Below are positions 19,501 to 30,471 of a DNA stretch of 64,000 bases, in pieces. The notes under the pieces are model-generated. The model saw only the letters and a program-made list of their open reading frames with translations, was not told the DNA's origin and searched no databases. Within the stretch, counting starts at the first letter, position 1, and the number at the start of each line of letters is the position of its first letter. The translations under genes and the position numbers were made by a program. The DNA lies in NCBI GenBank assembly GCA_963702435.1, contig CAVPCR010000003.1, forward strand, positions 224,001 through 288,000, written 5' to 3'. The stretch is from Candidatus Eiseniibacteriota bacterium (GTDB taxonomy: Bacteria; Eisenbacteria; RBG-16-71-46; CAVPCR01).

Positions 19501-22500
19501 GCCGGTCGGTTCGGCTGCAAGCTACGTGGACGGGCCCCTGGCGATCGACTTCAACGTGGCGATCCCGACGGACCGGAACTACCCGATCGGCCGCGGCGGC
19601 GCCTTCCGGCCGCTCCTCCTCCGCCAGGTGAACACGGGCGGCGTCACGCGGACCTACCAGGCCGAGGTCGTTGCGAGCCCGCCGGGCGGGACTACGCTGC
19701 CTCCGCTCCAGCTCCTCGATCCGGCGCGCTACTGGGTGGTCACCAACACCGCCAACTTGAACGCGACGGCCCGCGTGAACCTCGCCTTCGGGGCCGATGA
19801 CGGGGTTCCTCTTCTCTCCTCGGCCCGCGTGGCGCAGGCGAACACCGCCGCCGGCAGCTACACGAGCCTCGGCGGGACGGCGACCGGGAGCCCGGGCAGC
19901 GGAACCGTCGAATCCACGATCGATCTCACGCCGGGGGACAGCTACTTCACGATCGGGCTCCAGGATCTGCCGGTCGTGTGGGACGGCGGGGCGGGCACGG
20001 CCAACTGGGGCGACGCGGACAACTGGAACCCGGACGGTGTGCCGGGACCGACCGACAACGTGTCGCTCAACCTGCCGACGACGACCTCAATCGACGTCAA
20101 CGGCAACTTCACCTGCAACGACCTCGTGATCGGGTCCAATGTCATCCTGACCGTCCTCGGGACCAACACCCTGACCGCGAACGGCAGCCTGAGCCAGTCC
20201 GGCAGCACGACCGATCTCGGCGCGGGAGCGATCGTTGCGCAAGGGGCGATCACTCTCTCAAGCGGCACGATCAACGTGACGACTGGATCGATCACCGCCA
20301 ACGGGAGCTTCACGCTCTCCGGCGCGATCCTCAACATGGGTGCGGGCACCCTCGAGGTCAAGGGAGCCTTCACTGTCTCGAGCGGCGCATTCAACGCCGG
20401 CACCAGCACCACGATCTTCTCGGGTGCTGCGGCCCAGGCGATCGGCGGCGGAGTTACCCACTACAATCTCATCCTCCGCAACGGCGGCGCCGGGGTCGCG
20501 AAGACGCTGACCGCCGCGAACACGTTCGCGGTGGCCGACGACCTGACCGTGGAGTCGAGCGCCCAGCTCGCGCTCTCGGCCGCCGCCGGGACCACGTTCT
20601 CCATCGGCGGAAACCTGTACTACAGCGGTCTGACCGGCGGGGCCAACATCGCGAGCCTGACCTTCAACCTGACCGGGTCAGCGGCAAGTCGATTGCGGGA
20701 GCAGCGGCGAAGAGCGCGCCCTCCCGCGGTCTGCCGAACCTCGACAAGATCCGCCTCGTCGAGGTGAATCTCCTGACCGACCCCGGCCTCGCGAAGCGAT
20801 CGGCGAGCCGCTCGACGGCGAGAAGCCGGCGCTCGACCTCGAGAACACGTACGAGCTCGCCGTGCCGAGGTCGAGCGGCTCCTCGCGATCCACCGATCCC
20901 GAGGCGCGACTCATCGTGAACCTCGATGACATGACGATCGTCAGGAACCCGGCGAGCTTCGCCAAGCTCCTCGTGCCGCCGACCACCTTCGAGATGGGTG
21001 TCACCATCGCGACGAATGCGCTCTACACGCTCGCCGACAACATCGCGATCGGCACCTTGAAGCTCATCACGGTGAACGGGCGTCTGAACTGCGCCACGTA
21101 CACGATCGGCGGCGGCGGCGGCGTCCCGGTTACGAGCGCGACCAATCCGAACGGTACGCTCGGGATCGGCGCTGCCGGCGGCGGCGTCGGTGCCACGGTG
21201 ATCACGACCGGGACCAACACCTACGCCGACGGCTCGAACATCGATTACTACGCGGCCGGCATCAGGCGATCCACGCGGCGAGCCACCCAGCCGCCGCCAT
21301 GCTCTACACGAGCGGCAGCGGGCGAAGACCCTCGATGGCAACAAGACGATCACCGGCAGCTCCGGCTCGGCGCTGACGAAGGGTGCGCTCGTCGTCGGCG
21401 CCGGCAGCACCTTCGCCGACGGGGGCTACACGCTCAGCTTCACGACATCCGGCTTCGCCAATGTGCTCGCGAGTGGGACCTATGCGTCGACCGGGTCCGG
21501 GGGCCTCGCCTATGAGTCGGGGCCCTTCCTGTCGAACATCCGCCGGTGAATGGCACGGTCGTTCGGCAACCTGACCATGATCTTCGGCTCGGCGACGAAC
21601 ACGATCGACCTCAACGCGACGGGCATGGTCAACGTGTCCTTCCGGAACGTGATCTGCGGCGGCACGGCGGGGACCGGTACCGCCGGCGGCACGCTCAAGT
21701 TGAACGAGACCGGGACGACGGTCGTCACGGTCAGCGACAGCCTGAGCCTCCGCCCGCGCACGGCGACCAACGCCGGAGGCGGCTTCGGCGGAACGGCGTC
21801 GACGACCGGTACCGTGTATCTCCGCGGGCCGCTCGTCTCGACGAGCACGAACGCAACACAGCCGATCATGAACTCGACGGGGACCAACACGCTCGTCATG
21901 GCCGGGCCGGCCGCCCAGGTGATCCATCTCACCGCGGCGACCACTCCGGTCACCATGTTCACCGGCTCGACGCTCAAGATCGACAACGCGGCCGGGGTCA
22001 CGCTGGCGAGCGCGACCGCCCGCACCTACGGGATCGGGGGCACGCTCAACCTCACGAGCGGCAACATCACGACGGGCGCCAACACGCTCCTCATCAGCTC
22101 GACCGGGGCGGTCGCGCGGACGAGCGGGCACGTGGTCGGGAACCTCGCCAAGAACTTCTCCTCGACGGGCCTCGCCCGGACCATGGAGATCGGATCGGCG
22201 GGCGCCTACACGCCGTTGGATGTGGCCTTCGCGAGCATCTCGACCGCCGGCAACCTGACGGCGACCACCATCGACGGCGATCATCCCGCGATCGCCGCCT
22301 CCCCCATCCTGGCCGGGAAGAGCCTCAACCGCTACTACACGCTCACGAACGCCGGCATCGCCTTCACGACCGCCGGCGCCACCTTCAACTGGGTGGCCGG
22401 GGACCTCGATGCGGGCGCCGATCCGTCCACCTTCATCGCCGGGAAGTACACGAGCCCAAACTGGACCCTCCCCACCGTCGGCATCCGGACGCCGACGAGC

Positions 22501-25500
22501 CTCCAGGTGACCGGACTCACCTCGCTCAGCGATTTCGCGTTCGGCAACCAGCCGATGGTCTCGATCGACGACGTACGCGGTCGCCGAAGGCGATGCCGGC
22601 ACGACGCCGGCCGGTTTCACGGTCACCCTCTCCGACGCGAGCACCCAGGTAGTGACCGTGCAGGTCGCGACCGCCGACAACACGGCGCTCGTCGCCGACC
22701 TCGACTATTCGGCGGTGCCGCTCACGACCCTCACCTTCAATCCCGGCGATCCGCTCACGCAGGCGGTCTCCGTGCTGGTGAACGGCGACGCGAAGTACGA
22801 GCTCGACGAGACGTACTTCGTGAACCTGACGAGCGCGGCCAACGCCGGCCATCACCGACGGCCAAGGTCTCGGCACCATCCAGAACGACGATACGGCCGC
22901 CGGCGATCTCGATCACGGACGTCGCCGTGGCCGAGGGAGACGCGCTCGCGAAGAGCGGGAAGACACTTGCCACCGCCACCTTCACCGTGTCGCTCTCGAA
23001 TCCGTCGAAGCAGACGGTCACGGTCGAGTACGCGACCGCCGACGGCACAGCCACGGTCGCCGATGCCGACTACGTTGCCGTTCCGACCACGGTGCTCACT
23101 TTCCTCCCCGGCGATCCGCTCTCGCAGACGGTCACGGTGACGGTGAACGGCGATACCAAGTATGAGGTCGACGAGACCTTCTTCGTGAACCTCGCGAATG
23201 CAGTCAACGCCACGATCGCCGATCCACAGGGGCAGGGCACGATCCAGAACGACGACCCGGTGCCGAGCGTGGCGATCGACGACGTGGCGGTGGTCGAAGG
23301 GAACGCCGGGACGGCGCTCGCGACGTTCACGGTGACGCTGTCCGGGGCCTCGCAGCCGGTCGTCACGGTCGACCACGCGACCGCGGACGGGACCGCGAGC
23401 GCCGCCGGCGGCGACTACGTGGCCGTCGCCCCGCCCCAGACCGTGACTTTCAACCCCGGCGACCCGCTCATGCAGAACGTATCGATCACGGTGAACGGCG
23501 ACCTCCTGAACGAGGTGGACGAGACCTTCTTCGTGAACCTCACGAACGCCGCGAATGCCACGATCGCGGACAACCAGGGTCTCGGCACGATCCAGAACGA
23601 CGATCCGCTGCCGGCCCTCACGGTCGACGACTCGACCGTGGTCGAGGGGAACTCGGGAACGACCTAGCGCGCTCTTCACGGTCACGCTCGCGCCGGCGAG
23701 CGGGCAGACCGTGACGGTCGACTACGCAACGAGCGACGGCACGGCCACGGTCGCCGACAACGACTACGTCCCGGTCCTCGTGCCGCAGACCCTCACCTTC
23801 AACCCGGGCGATCCGCTCACCCAGACCGTGGGTGTCACGATCAACGGCGATCTCTACTACGAGGCGGACGAGACGTTCTTCGTGGATCTCTCGGCTGCGA
23901 CGAACGCGACCCTCGGCGACATCCAGGGCCAGGGCACGATCCAGAACGACGACACCCCCGGCTCGCTGATCCGGGTGCCGCTCGATTACCCGACGATCCA
24001 GCAGGCGATCAACGCCGCGAACACCTTCGGCGGGTCGCGGATCGAGGTCGACCCCGGCACCTACCCCGAGAACCTGGTGATCGACCGGCAACTCGTGCTG
24101 GTCGGCTCCGGAATGGGCACGACCTTCGTGAACGCCGCCTCTCCCGGCATCATCGTCACCGCCTCCGCGGTGACCATCTCGAATCTCACGCTGACCGGAA
24201 CCGGCACCGACCGGGGGATCCTGGTCGATCACACGGCGGGCACGATCAACCTCCTCACCGTGTCGAACGTCGAGATCCGGAACTTCGAGTGCGGGGTCTG
24301 GTTCGAGGACGCGGTGCCGCCGCTCAACGGCGGCCTCGGACACGTGATCGAGGGATCGCGGATCCACGACAACCTGCTCGGGAACCCGAGCTACCTCGGC
24401 GCCGGCGTGAACGGGAGCTACACGTCGGGGCTCGTCGTCCGCGGGACGGCGATCCACGACAACGGCGGCCCGGGCGTCTACCTCCGCGGCGCGAGCGGCA
24501 CCGTACTCGCGAACGCCGCCGGGCTCGCCAACTACTTCTACCGGAACGCGGGCCTCGCCGTGGTGCTGGATCAGAACCCGGCCAACGTCGCCGCCGCCTT
24601 CAACTACTGGGGCAACGCCAATCCGGAGGCGGTGATCCATCACCAGGTGGACGATCCGCCCGAGGGGCTCGTCACCTTCACGAGCGCGATCGCGGCCACG
24701 GTCTACGTCGACCCGGTCTTCCAGAAGAAGCCGTTCACGACCACGTTCACGGCCGACGTGAAGATCGACATGCAGGGCATCCCGCAGACCCTCCGCCAGT
24801 ACAACGTCGTTCTGACATGGGATCCGGCGCTCCTCAACTTCGTGTCGGCGGCGGCCGGGCCTTACCTCGCGGCCGGCGCCGGCTCGGGCGGTACCTCCTT
24901 CTTCAACTACGGGAATGACGGCACTCGCACCATGAGCGAGGCCATCCTCGGCAATGCTCCGGGCGCGACCGGGAACGGGACGCTCTTCACGGTCACCTTC
25001 ACGACCGAGACGACCGAGGGGATATCGCCCCTCGATCTGCCCGTCGCGGTCTCGCTTCGCGACATGGAGAACCCCTTCAACGAGGTGCCGAACACGACGG
25101 TGGATGGATCGGTCGAGGTGGACGGCACCCCGCCGGCGAACGTCACCGCGTTCAACGCCACAGTCGGTCACAACAAGATCTCGCTCACCTGGGTGGATCC
25201 GACCGATCTCGACTTCGTGACCGGGGGCGCCGTCGAGATCTGGCGCGCCGGGTGGGACCAGATCGCCGGCCCGCCGACCCAGTCGGCCTACCCCGAGTAC
25301 GACGACTGGGCGAACGACGAGCCGCCGGTGATCCCGGCGACGCGCGCGGCCGCGGCCGCCGATCCGGACTGGTCGCTCATGACGACGGTGGCGCCGGCCA
25401 CGCTCGGCTACGTCGACGCCTCGTTCACCGACCTGACGCGGAACGTCTACTACTATGCGGCGTTCACGCGCGACGACGTCTCGAACTACGCGGCGACGGT

Positions 25501-26558
25501 GCCCGGGGTGACCCACGACCGGGCGACCAGCTACTACCTCGGCGACTTCACGCGTGGGATCGGCGATCCGCTCTTCGGCCCGCCGTACGGTGCGCCGGGC
25601 GCGGGCTCCGTCGTCAACTTCAACGACCTCGCCGCCTTCTCGTCCGTCTTCGCGACGACCGACGGCGGTGTCGGCTGGAACCCCCAGGGTGACATCGGCC
25701 CGAGCGACGACAACTCGTCGTTCGGCATTCCGACCACCGACAACGTGATCGACTTCGAGGATCTGATCCTCTTCGCGATCAACTTCACGAACGTGTTCCC
25801 GCTGGCGCCGCCAGGCGGCCCCGTGGACATCGCGATCGTCGAGCCGCCGCTCATGCAGCTCGTCCTCCCGGGCGAGATGGCCGCGGAGTTCGCCGTGGAT
25901 GTGACGATCGATCCGCGGGGCACGACGCTCCAGGGCGCTCGCCTCGAGGTCGTCTTCGACCCGGCGATCGTCGAGCTGGTCGGCGTCCAGGCCGGCGACC
26001 TCTTCGCGGGTGGCGGGACGGACGGCTTCTTCGCCGAGCGCGAGCTGGGCGCGGAGCCCGGCCGGATCGAGCTGAACGGCGCGGCCCTCGGCCCGCAGCA
26101 GGCGACCACGGCAGCTGGACGGCTGGCGCGGATCACGATGCGACGGCTCGCCGCCGGGGATCCGGAGCTCGCGATCGCCGACTTCGATCTCCGGAATCCG
26201 CGGAACGCGGCGCTCCCGGGCGAGATCGGCGGTTCGACCGCCGGCATCGGCGACCCGCCGGCGAGCCCCGTCCTCCCCACGGCCTTCGAGCTTGCGGGGA
26301 ATCACCCGAATCCGTTCAACCCGGCAACCACGATCCGCTTCGCGCTGCCCGAGCCGGCCTCGGTCCGGCTTCGGATCTGGAACGCGCGCGGCGAGCTCGT
26401 GCGGGTTCTCATCGACCAGTCACTGCCGGCCGGGTACCACGATGTCCAGTGGAACGGCCGCGACGACCGGGGCGGCACGCTCGCCTCGGGCGTCTATCTC
26501 TACCGGCTCGACGCGGGGAGCTTTCACGGCCTCCCGCAAGATGTTGCTCGTGAGGTAA
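16562..26558 (+). CDS. Giant secreted protein 7 (about 3,300 aa once frames are joined): NIDO-like, FN3, long G/T/N beta-solenoid with two G8-like caps, 4 Calx-beta, beta-helix, cohesin, YPEYDD, dockerin-like, cohesin-like, CTD
   Basis: ATG 16562 after GAAGGAG; signal MTSLRTLPALALFLAIATSSAFG. Joins track ORFs 15968-20767, 20862-21515, 21550-23667, 22652-23140, 23555-26806 and 26292-26558. Four Calx-beta repeats (ISIxDVxVxEG...FTVxLS...VxYATADGTA...DY...E-DETFFVNL...GTIQNDD) at about 22550-23950; YPEYDD at 25289-25306; ends RKMLLVR* at 26558. Confidence 0.75.
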
Positions 26559-26572
26559 GGGACTGCCTGCGC

Positions 26573-26606
26573 GCTGGGGGCTGCCTGCCGGCCGGCGGCC
26601 CCCAGC
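26573..26606. terminator. Putative bidirectional terminator hairpin between convergent genes
   Basis: GCTGGGGGCTGCC-8nt-GGCGGCCCCCAGC, a 13-bp stem with one G-U pair, between the stops at 26558 (+) and 26628 (-); no clear U-tract. Confidence 0.45.
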
Positions 26607-26627
26607 CGCAGCGGCAAGCGGCCGCGC

Positions 26628-27376
26628 CTAGAACCGATACATCGCCGAGAGCGCCCAGGACAGGCTCTCGCGGTACTCGATCTCCCCCGCCCCCTCGAGC
26701 CCGCGCCACACGCGGATCGCACCGCCGCCGAGGAGCTCGACGTTCTTCCGCGTCTCGCCGCGCGCCGCCCCGTGCGCGGAGCTGTATGACTCGCCGTACT
26801 CGATGAAGTCGTGTCGCGAGTAGATGAGCCCCGCGTACACGCGGAGCGGCATCTCCTTCACCGCGAAGAGCCGCCCGATCGTCCCGTGCGCGACGTAGTT
26901 CCGCTCGAGCTTGTGGGTCTGCGACTCGGAGCGGTCGAAGCCGATCGTCTCCCGGTAGGCACCGCCCGCGATCACGTCCCAGCGGCCGTTCGGCGCCGCG
27001 TAGAGCCGGCTCCGGACCCCGACGCCGATGTTCCAGGTCATGTAGTCCCGGTCCGGGTAGCGATCCTGGCTGTTGTGCGCGCGCCCGACGAGGAGATCGA
27101 GCTCCACCCATTCCTGGTACACGCCGATCACGGCATCCATCGCGCCGTAACCGAACGTATCGTCGGGGTTCGAGAGCGCATCCTGCTCGACGTCGTACAC
27201 GTCCCGCGTGAACTGGCGGGTCGAGAGGCCGAGGGCGACCTCCCCGTGCGGGACGACGGGGCTCCCGTAAACCGCGAGGGCCGCGGGCGGCGAGACGGCC
27301 CCGCCGGCATCAGGCAGGCAGCGGTCACGATCGAGATCAGGACGAGGAAACGGGCACGATGCGCCGACGGATGCAT
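26628..27376 (-). CDS. Hypothetical outer-membrane beta-barrel protein; frameshift near 27300
   Basis: RBS GGAGGAG before ATG 27376; signal-like [26 protein letters not shown] in one frame; amphipathic strands in the other frame, ending [10 protein letters not shown] with a C-terminal Phe beta-signal. Confidence 0.6.
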
Positions 27377-27429
27377 GATCTCTCCTCCGGGGGGAGCGAA
27401 GCGGCCGGCGACCGCACTCGCCGGCCTCA

Positions 27430-30381
27430 AGGAACGGAAAAAAGCTCTCCCGATGCGGCCCCGCTGGGCACGAGCGCCGGCCGGCCGCTTCACCGCCTTC
27501 GGCGCCGCCCCTGCCTTCCGGAGCGCCGCCCCGGTGTGCGAGGCGCGCGACCCGGGCCACCTCCTCGGGCGTGCCGGTCGCGACGATCCTACCACCGGCC
27601 TCCCCGCCCTCGGGCCCCAAGTCGATCAGGTGGTCGGCCGTCCGGATCACGTCCAGGTGGTGCTCGATGACGACGACCGAGTTCCCGAGGTCGACCAGCC
27701 GATCGAGCACCTCGAGGAGCTGCCGCACGTCGTCGAAGTGGAGGCCGGTCGTCGGCTCGTCGAGGATGTAGAGCGTGCGCCCGGTCGCCACCTTGGCGAG
27801 CTCGGTCGCGAGCTTCACGCGCTGCGCCTCGCCGCCCGAGAGGGTCGTCGCCGGCTGCCCGAGGTGGACGTAGCCGAGGCCGACTCCCGCGAGCATGCCG
27901 AGCCGCCGCGACGAGGGCCGGGAACGGCGCAAAGAAGGACGCATGCCTCCTCGACCGTCATCGCGAGCACGTCGGCGATCGACGTCCCGCGATAGCGCAC
28001 CTCGAGCGTCTCGCGGCTGAAGCGCTTGCCACGGCAGACATCGCAGGTGACGAAGACGTCGGGCAGGAAGTGCATCTCGATCTTGGTCACCCCGTCGCCG
28101 GCGCAGGCCTCGCACCGCCCGCCCTTCACGTTGAAGCTGAAGCGCCCCGGGCCGTAGCCGCGGGTCTTCGACTCGGGGAGCGCGGCGAAGAGCGTCCGGA
28201 TCTGATCGAAGGCGCCGGTGTAGGTGGCCGGGTTCGAGCGCGGGGTGCGGCCGATCGGCGACTGGTCGATGTCGACCACCTTGTCGATGTGCTCGATGCC
28301 CTCGATGCGATCGTGGGCGCCGGGCGGATCGCCGGCCCGATAGAGGATGCGCGCCAGCCCCCGATGGAGGATGTCGTTGACAAGGGTCGACTTCCCGGAG
28401 CCCGAGACGCCCGTCACGCAGGTGAACGTGCCGAGCGGGATCTCGACTTCGATCGACTTGAGGTTGTTGGCCCGCGCGCCGACCACCCGGATCATCTTCC
28501 CGTTCCCGGGCGCCGCTCGGCTCGCACCGGGATCGATCTCGTCCCCGCGAGATAGAGTCCGGTGAGCGAGCGCTCGTCCTTCCGGATCTCCGCGGGCGTT
28601 CCGGCCGCGACCACCTCACCGCCGTGCACGCCGGCGCCGGGTCCAAGATCGATCACGTGATCGGCGGCCTCGATCGTGTCCCGGTCGTGCTCGACGACGA
28701 GGACCGTGTTCCCGAGGTCGCGGAGCCCCGCGAGCGTGCGCAGGAGGCGCCCCGTGTCGCGCGGATGGAGCCCGATCGAGGGCTCGTCGAGGACGTAGAG
28801 AACCCCGGTCAGGCGCGACCCGACCTGGGTCGCGAGCCGGATCCGCTGTGCCTCGCCGCCCGAGAGGGTGGCCGCCGAGCGGTCGAGGGTCAGGTAGTCG
28901 AGCCCGACATCGGCGAGGAAAATCAGGCGATCGCGGATCTCCTTCCGCGCATCGCGCGCGATCTGCTCCTCGCGCGGGGTGAGCGTGAGGCCGCCGAGGA
29001 ACTCGAGGCACTGGGTCACCGAGAAGGCGGTCACCTCCCCGATCGAGCGCCCGCCGACCCGGACCGCGAGGCTCTCGGCCCGGAGCCGGCGGCCCCCGCA
29101 GGAGGCGCACGGCCGCGGCGACATGAACCCCGCGATCCACTCGCGGATCATGTTCGATCCGGTCTGCTTGTAGCGGCGGGCGAGGCTCGGGATCACGCCC
29201 TCGAAGGGGCGGCGGATCTTCGCCGTCATCCGCTTCGACTTCCAGTTGAAGTCGATCTCGTCGCGGCCGGAGCCGTGCAAGATGAGATCCCGCGCCCGCT
29301 TCGGGAGCTTGCCGAAGGGCGTGTCGAGGGAGAAGTCGTAGTTCTTGGCGAGGGTCTGGAGCATCGCCCCGTACCACTTGGCGTCCGCGCTCCGCCAGGG
29401 CTTGATCGCGCCCGCGTTGATCGAGAGACGCTGGTCCGGCACCACCAGCTCGGGGTCCATCTCGAGATGCGTGCCCAGGCCGTCGCAGTCGCGGCAGGCG
29501 CCGTACGGGCTGTTGAACGAGAAGTTCCGCGGCTCGAGCGCCTCGAAGGAGACGCCGCAGTCGAGGCAGGCGGCGCTCTCCGAGAAGAGGATCGGCTCCC
29601 CGGCGGCCGCCCCGGGCGCACCGGCCGCCGCCGCAGCCGCCCCACTCCCCCCGCTCGCCCCGCCACCGGCGACGAGCACCTCGGCCACCCCACCGCCCGC
29701 CCGCAGCGCGGTCTCGAGCGAGTCGTGGAAGCGACTCCGCTTCTCCGGGTTCACCTCGAGCCGATCGACCACCACCTCGATCGTGTGCTTGCGCTTCTTG
29801 TCGAGGACGATCTCCTCGCCGTCCAGGTCCCGGATCTCGCCGTTCACGCGCGCACGGAGGAACCCCTGCCGCCGCGCCTCCGCGAACACCTCGGCATGCT
29901 CGCCCTTTCGCCCGCGAACGAGCGGGGCGAGGATCTGGAAGCGCGTGCCGGACGGCAGCGCCAGCAGGCGATCCACCATCTCCTCGATCGTCTGCCGGCC
30001 GATCTCGCGCCCGCAGCGGTGGCAGTGCTGGCGGCCGACCCGGGCGAAGAGGAGGCGGAGGTGATCGTAGATCTCGGTGGTCGTCGCCACAGTGGAGCGC
30101 GGATTGCGGGCGGCGGTCCGCTGCTCGATGGCGATGGCCGGGGAGAGGCCGTCGATCGAGTCGACGTCGGGCTTCTCCATCTGACCGAGGAACTGGCGGG
30201 CGTAGGCGGAGAGGCTCTCGACGTAGCGGCGCTGGCCCTCCGCGTAGATCGTGTCGAAAGCGAGCGAGGACTTGCCCGAGCCGGACACGCCCGTCACCAC
30301 GACGAAGCGGTTCCGCGGGATGTCGACATCCAGGTTCTTGAGGTTGTGTTCGCGAGCGCCGCGTACCGATATCCGTTCCAC
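27430..30381 (-). CDS. uvrA: Excinuclease ABC subunit A, with frameshifts near 28500, 27930 and 27545; the 3' end is approximate
   Basis: GAREHNLKN...[29 protein letters not shown], zinc fingers, [12 protein letters not shown], second Walker [40 protein letters not shown]...[11 protein letters not shown] start at 30381. Confidence 0.95.
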
Positions 30382-30387
30382 GCGGCA

Positions 30388-30417
30388 ATCATGGCCCAGG
30401 CGGGCCGGGCAAATCAA
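30388..30417 (-). promoter_or_regulatory. Putative sigma70 promoter of uvrA, possibly leaderless
   Basis: TTGATT-18nt-CATGAT, then 6 nt to the GTG at 30381, with no room for a Shine-Dalgarno site. Confidence 0.35.
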
Positions 30418-30471
30418 GCGGGCGGCCAGGCGAGCTGCCCGCCCCGTCAGGCCACCGGGACGCCGGCCGCC

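Noticed and set aside
7000..22500. Lower-GC stretch as a horizontally acquired island
   Set aside because: Largely explained by Thr/Asn/Ile-rich beta-solenoid coding; no integrase, IS or flanking repeats seen. Not quantified.
3..26558. Classical cellulosome or polysaccharide utilisation locus
   Set aside because: No recognisable glycoside hydrolase, CBM3, multi-cohesin scaffoldin, SLH anchor or SusC/SusD pair.
26628..28646. Apparent UvrA C-terminus fused to an OM barrel (672-aa ORF)
   Set aside because: Produced by frameshifts; the barrel has its own RBS and signal peptide at 27376.
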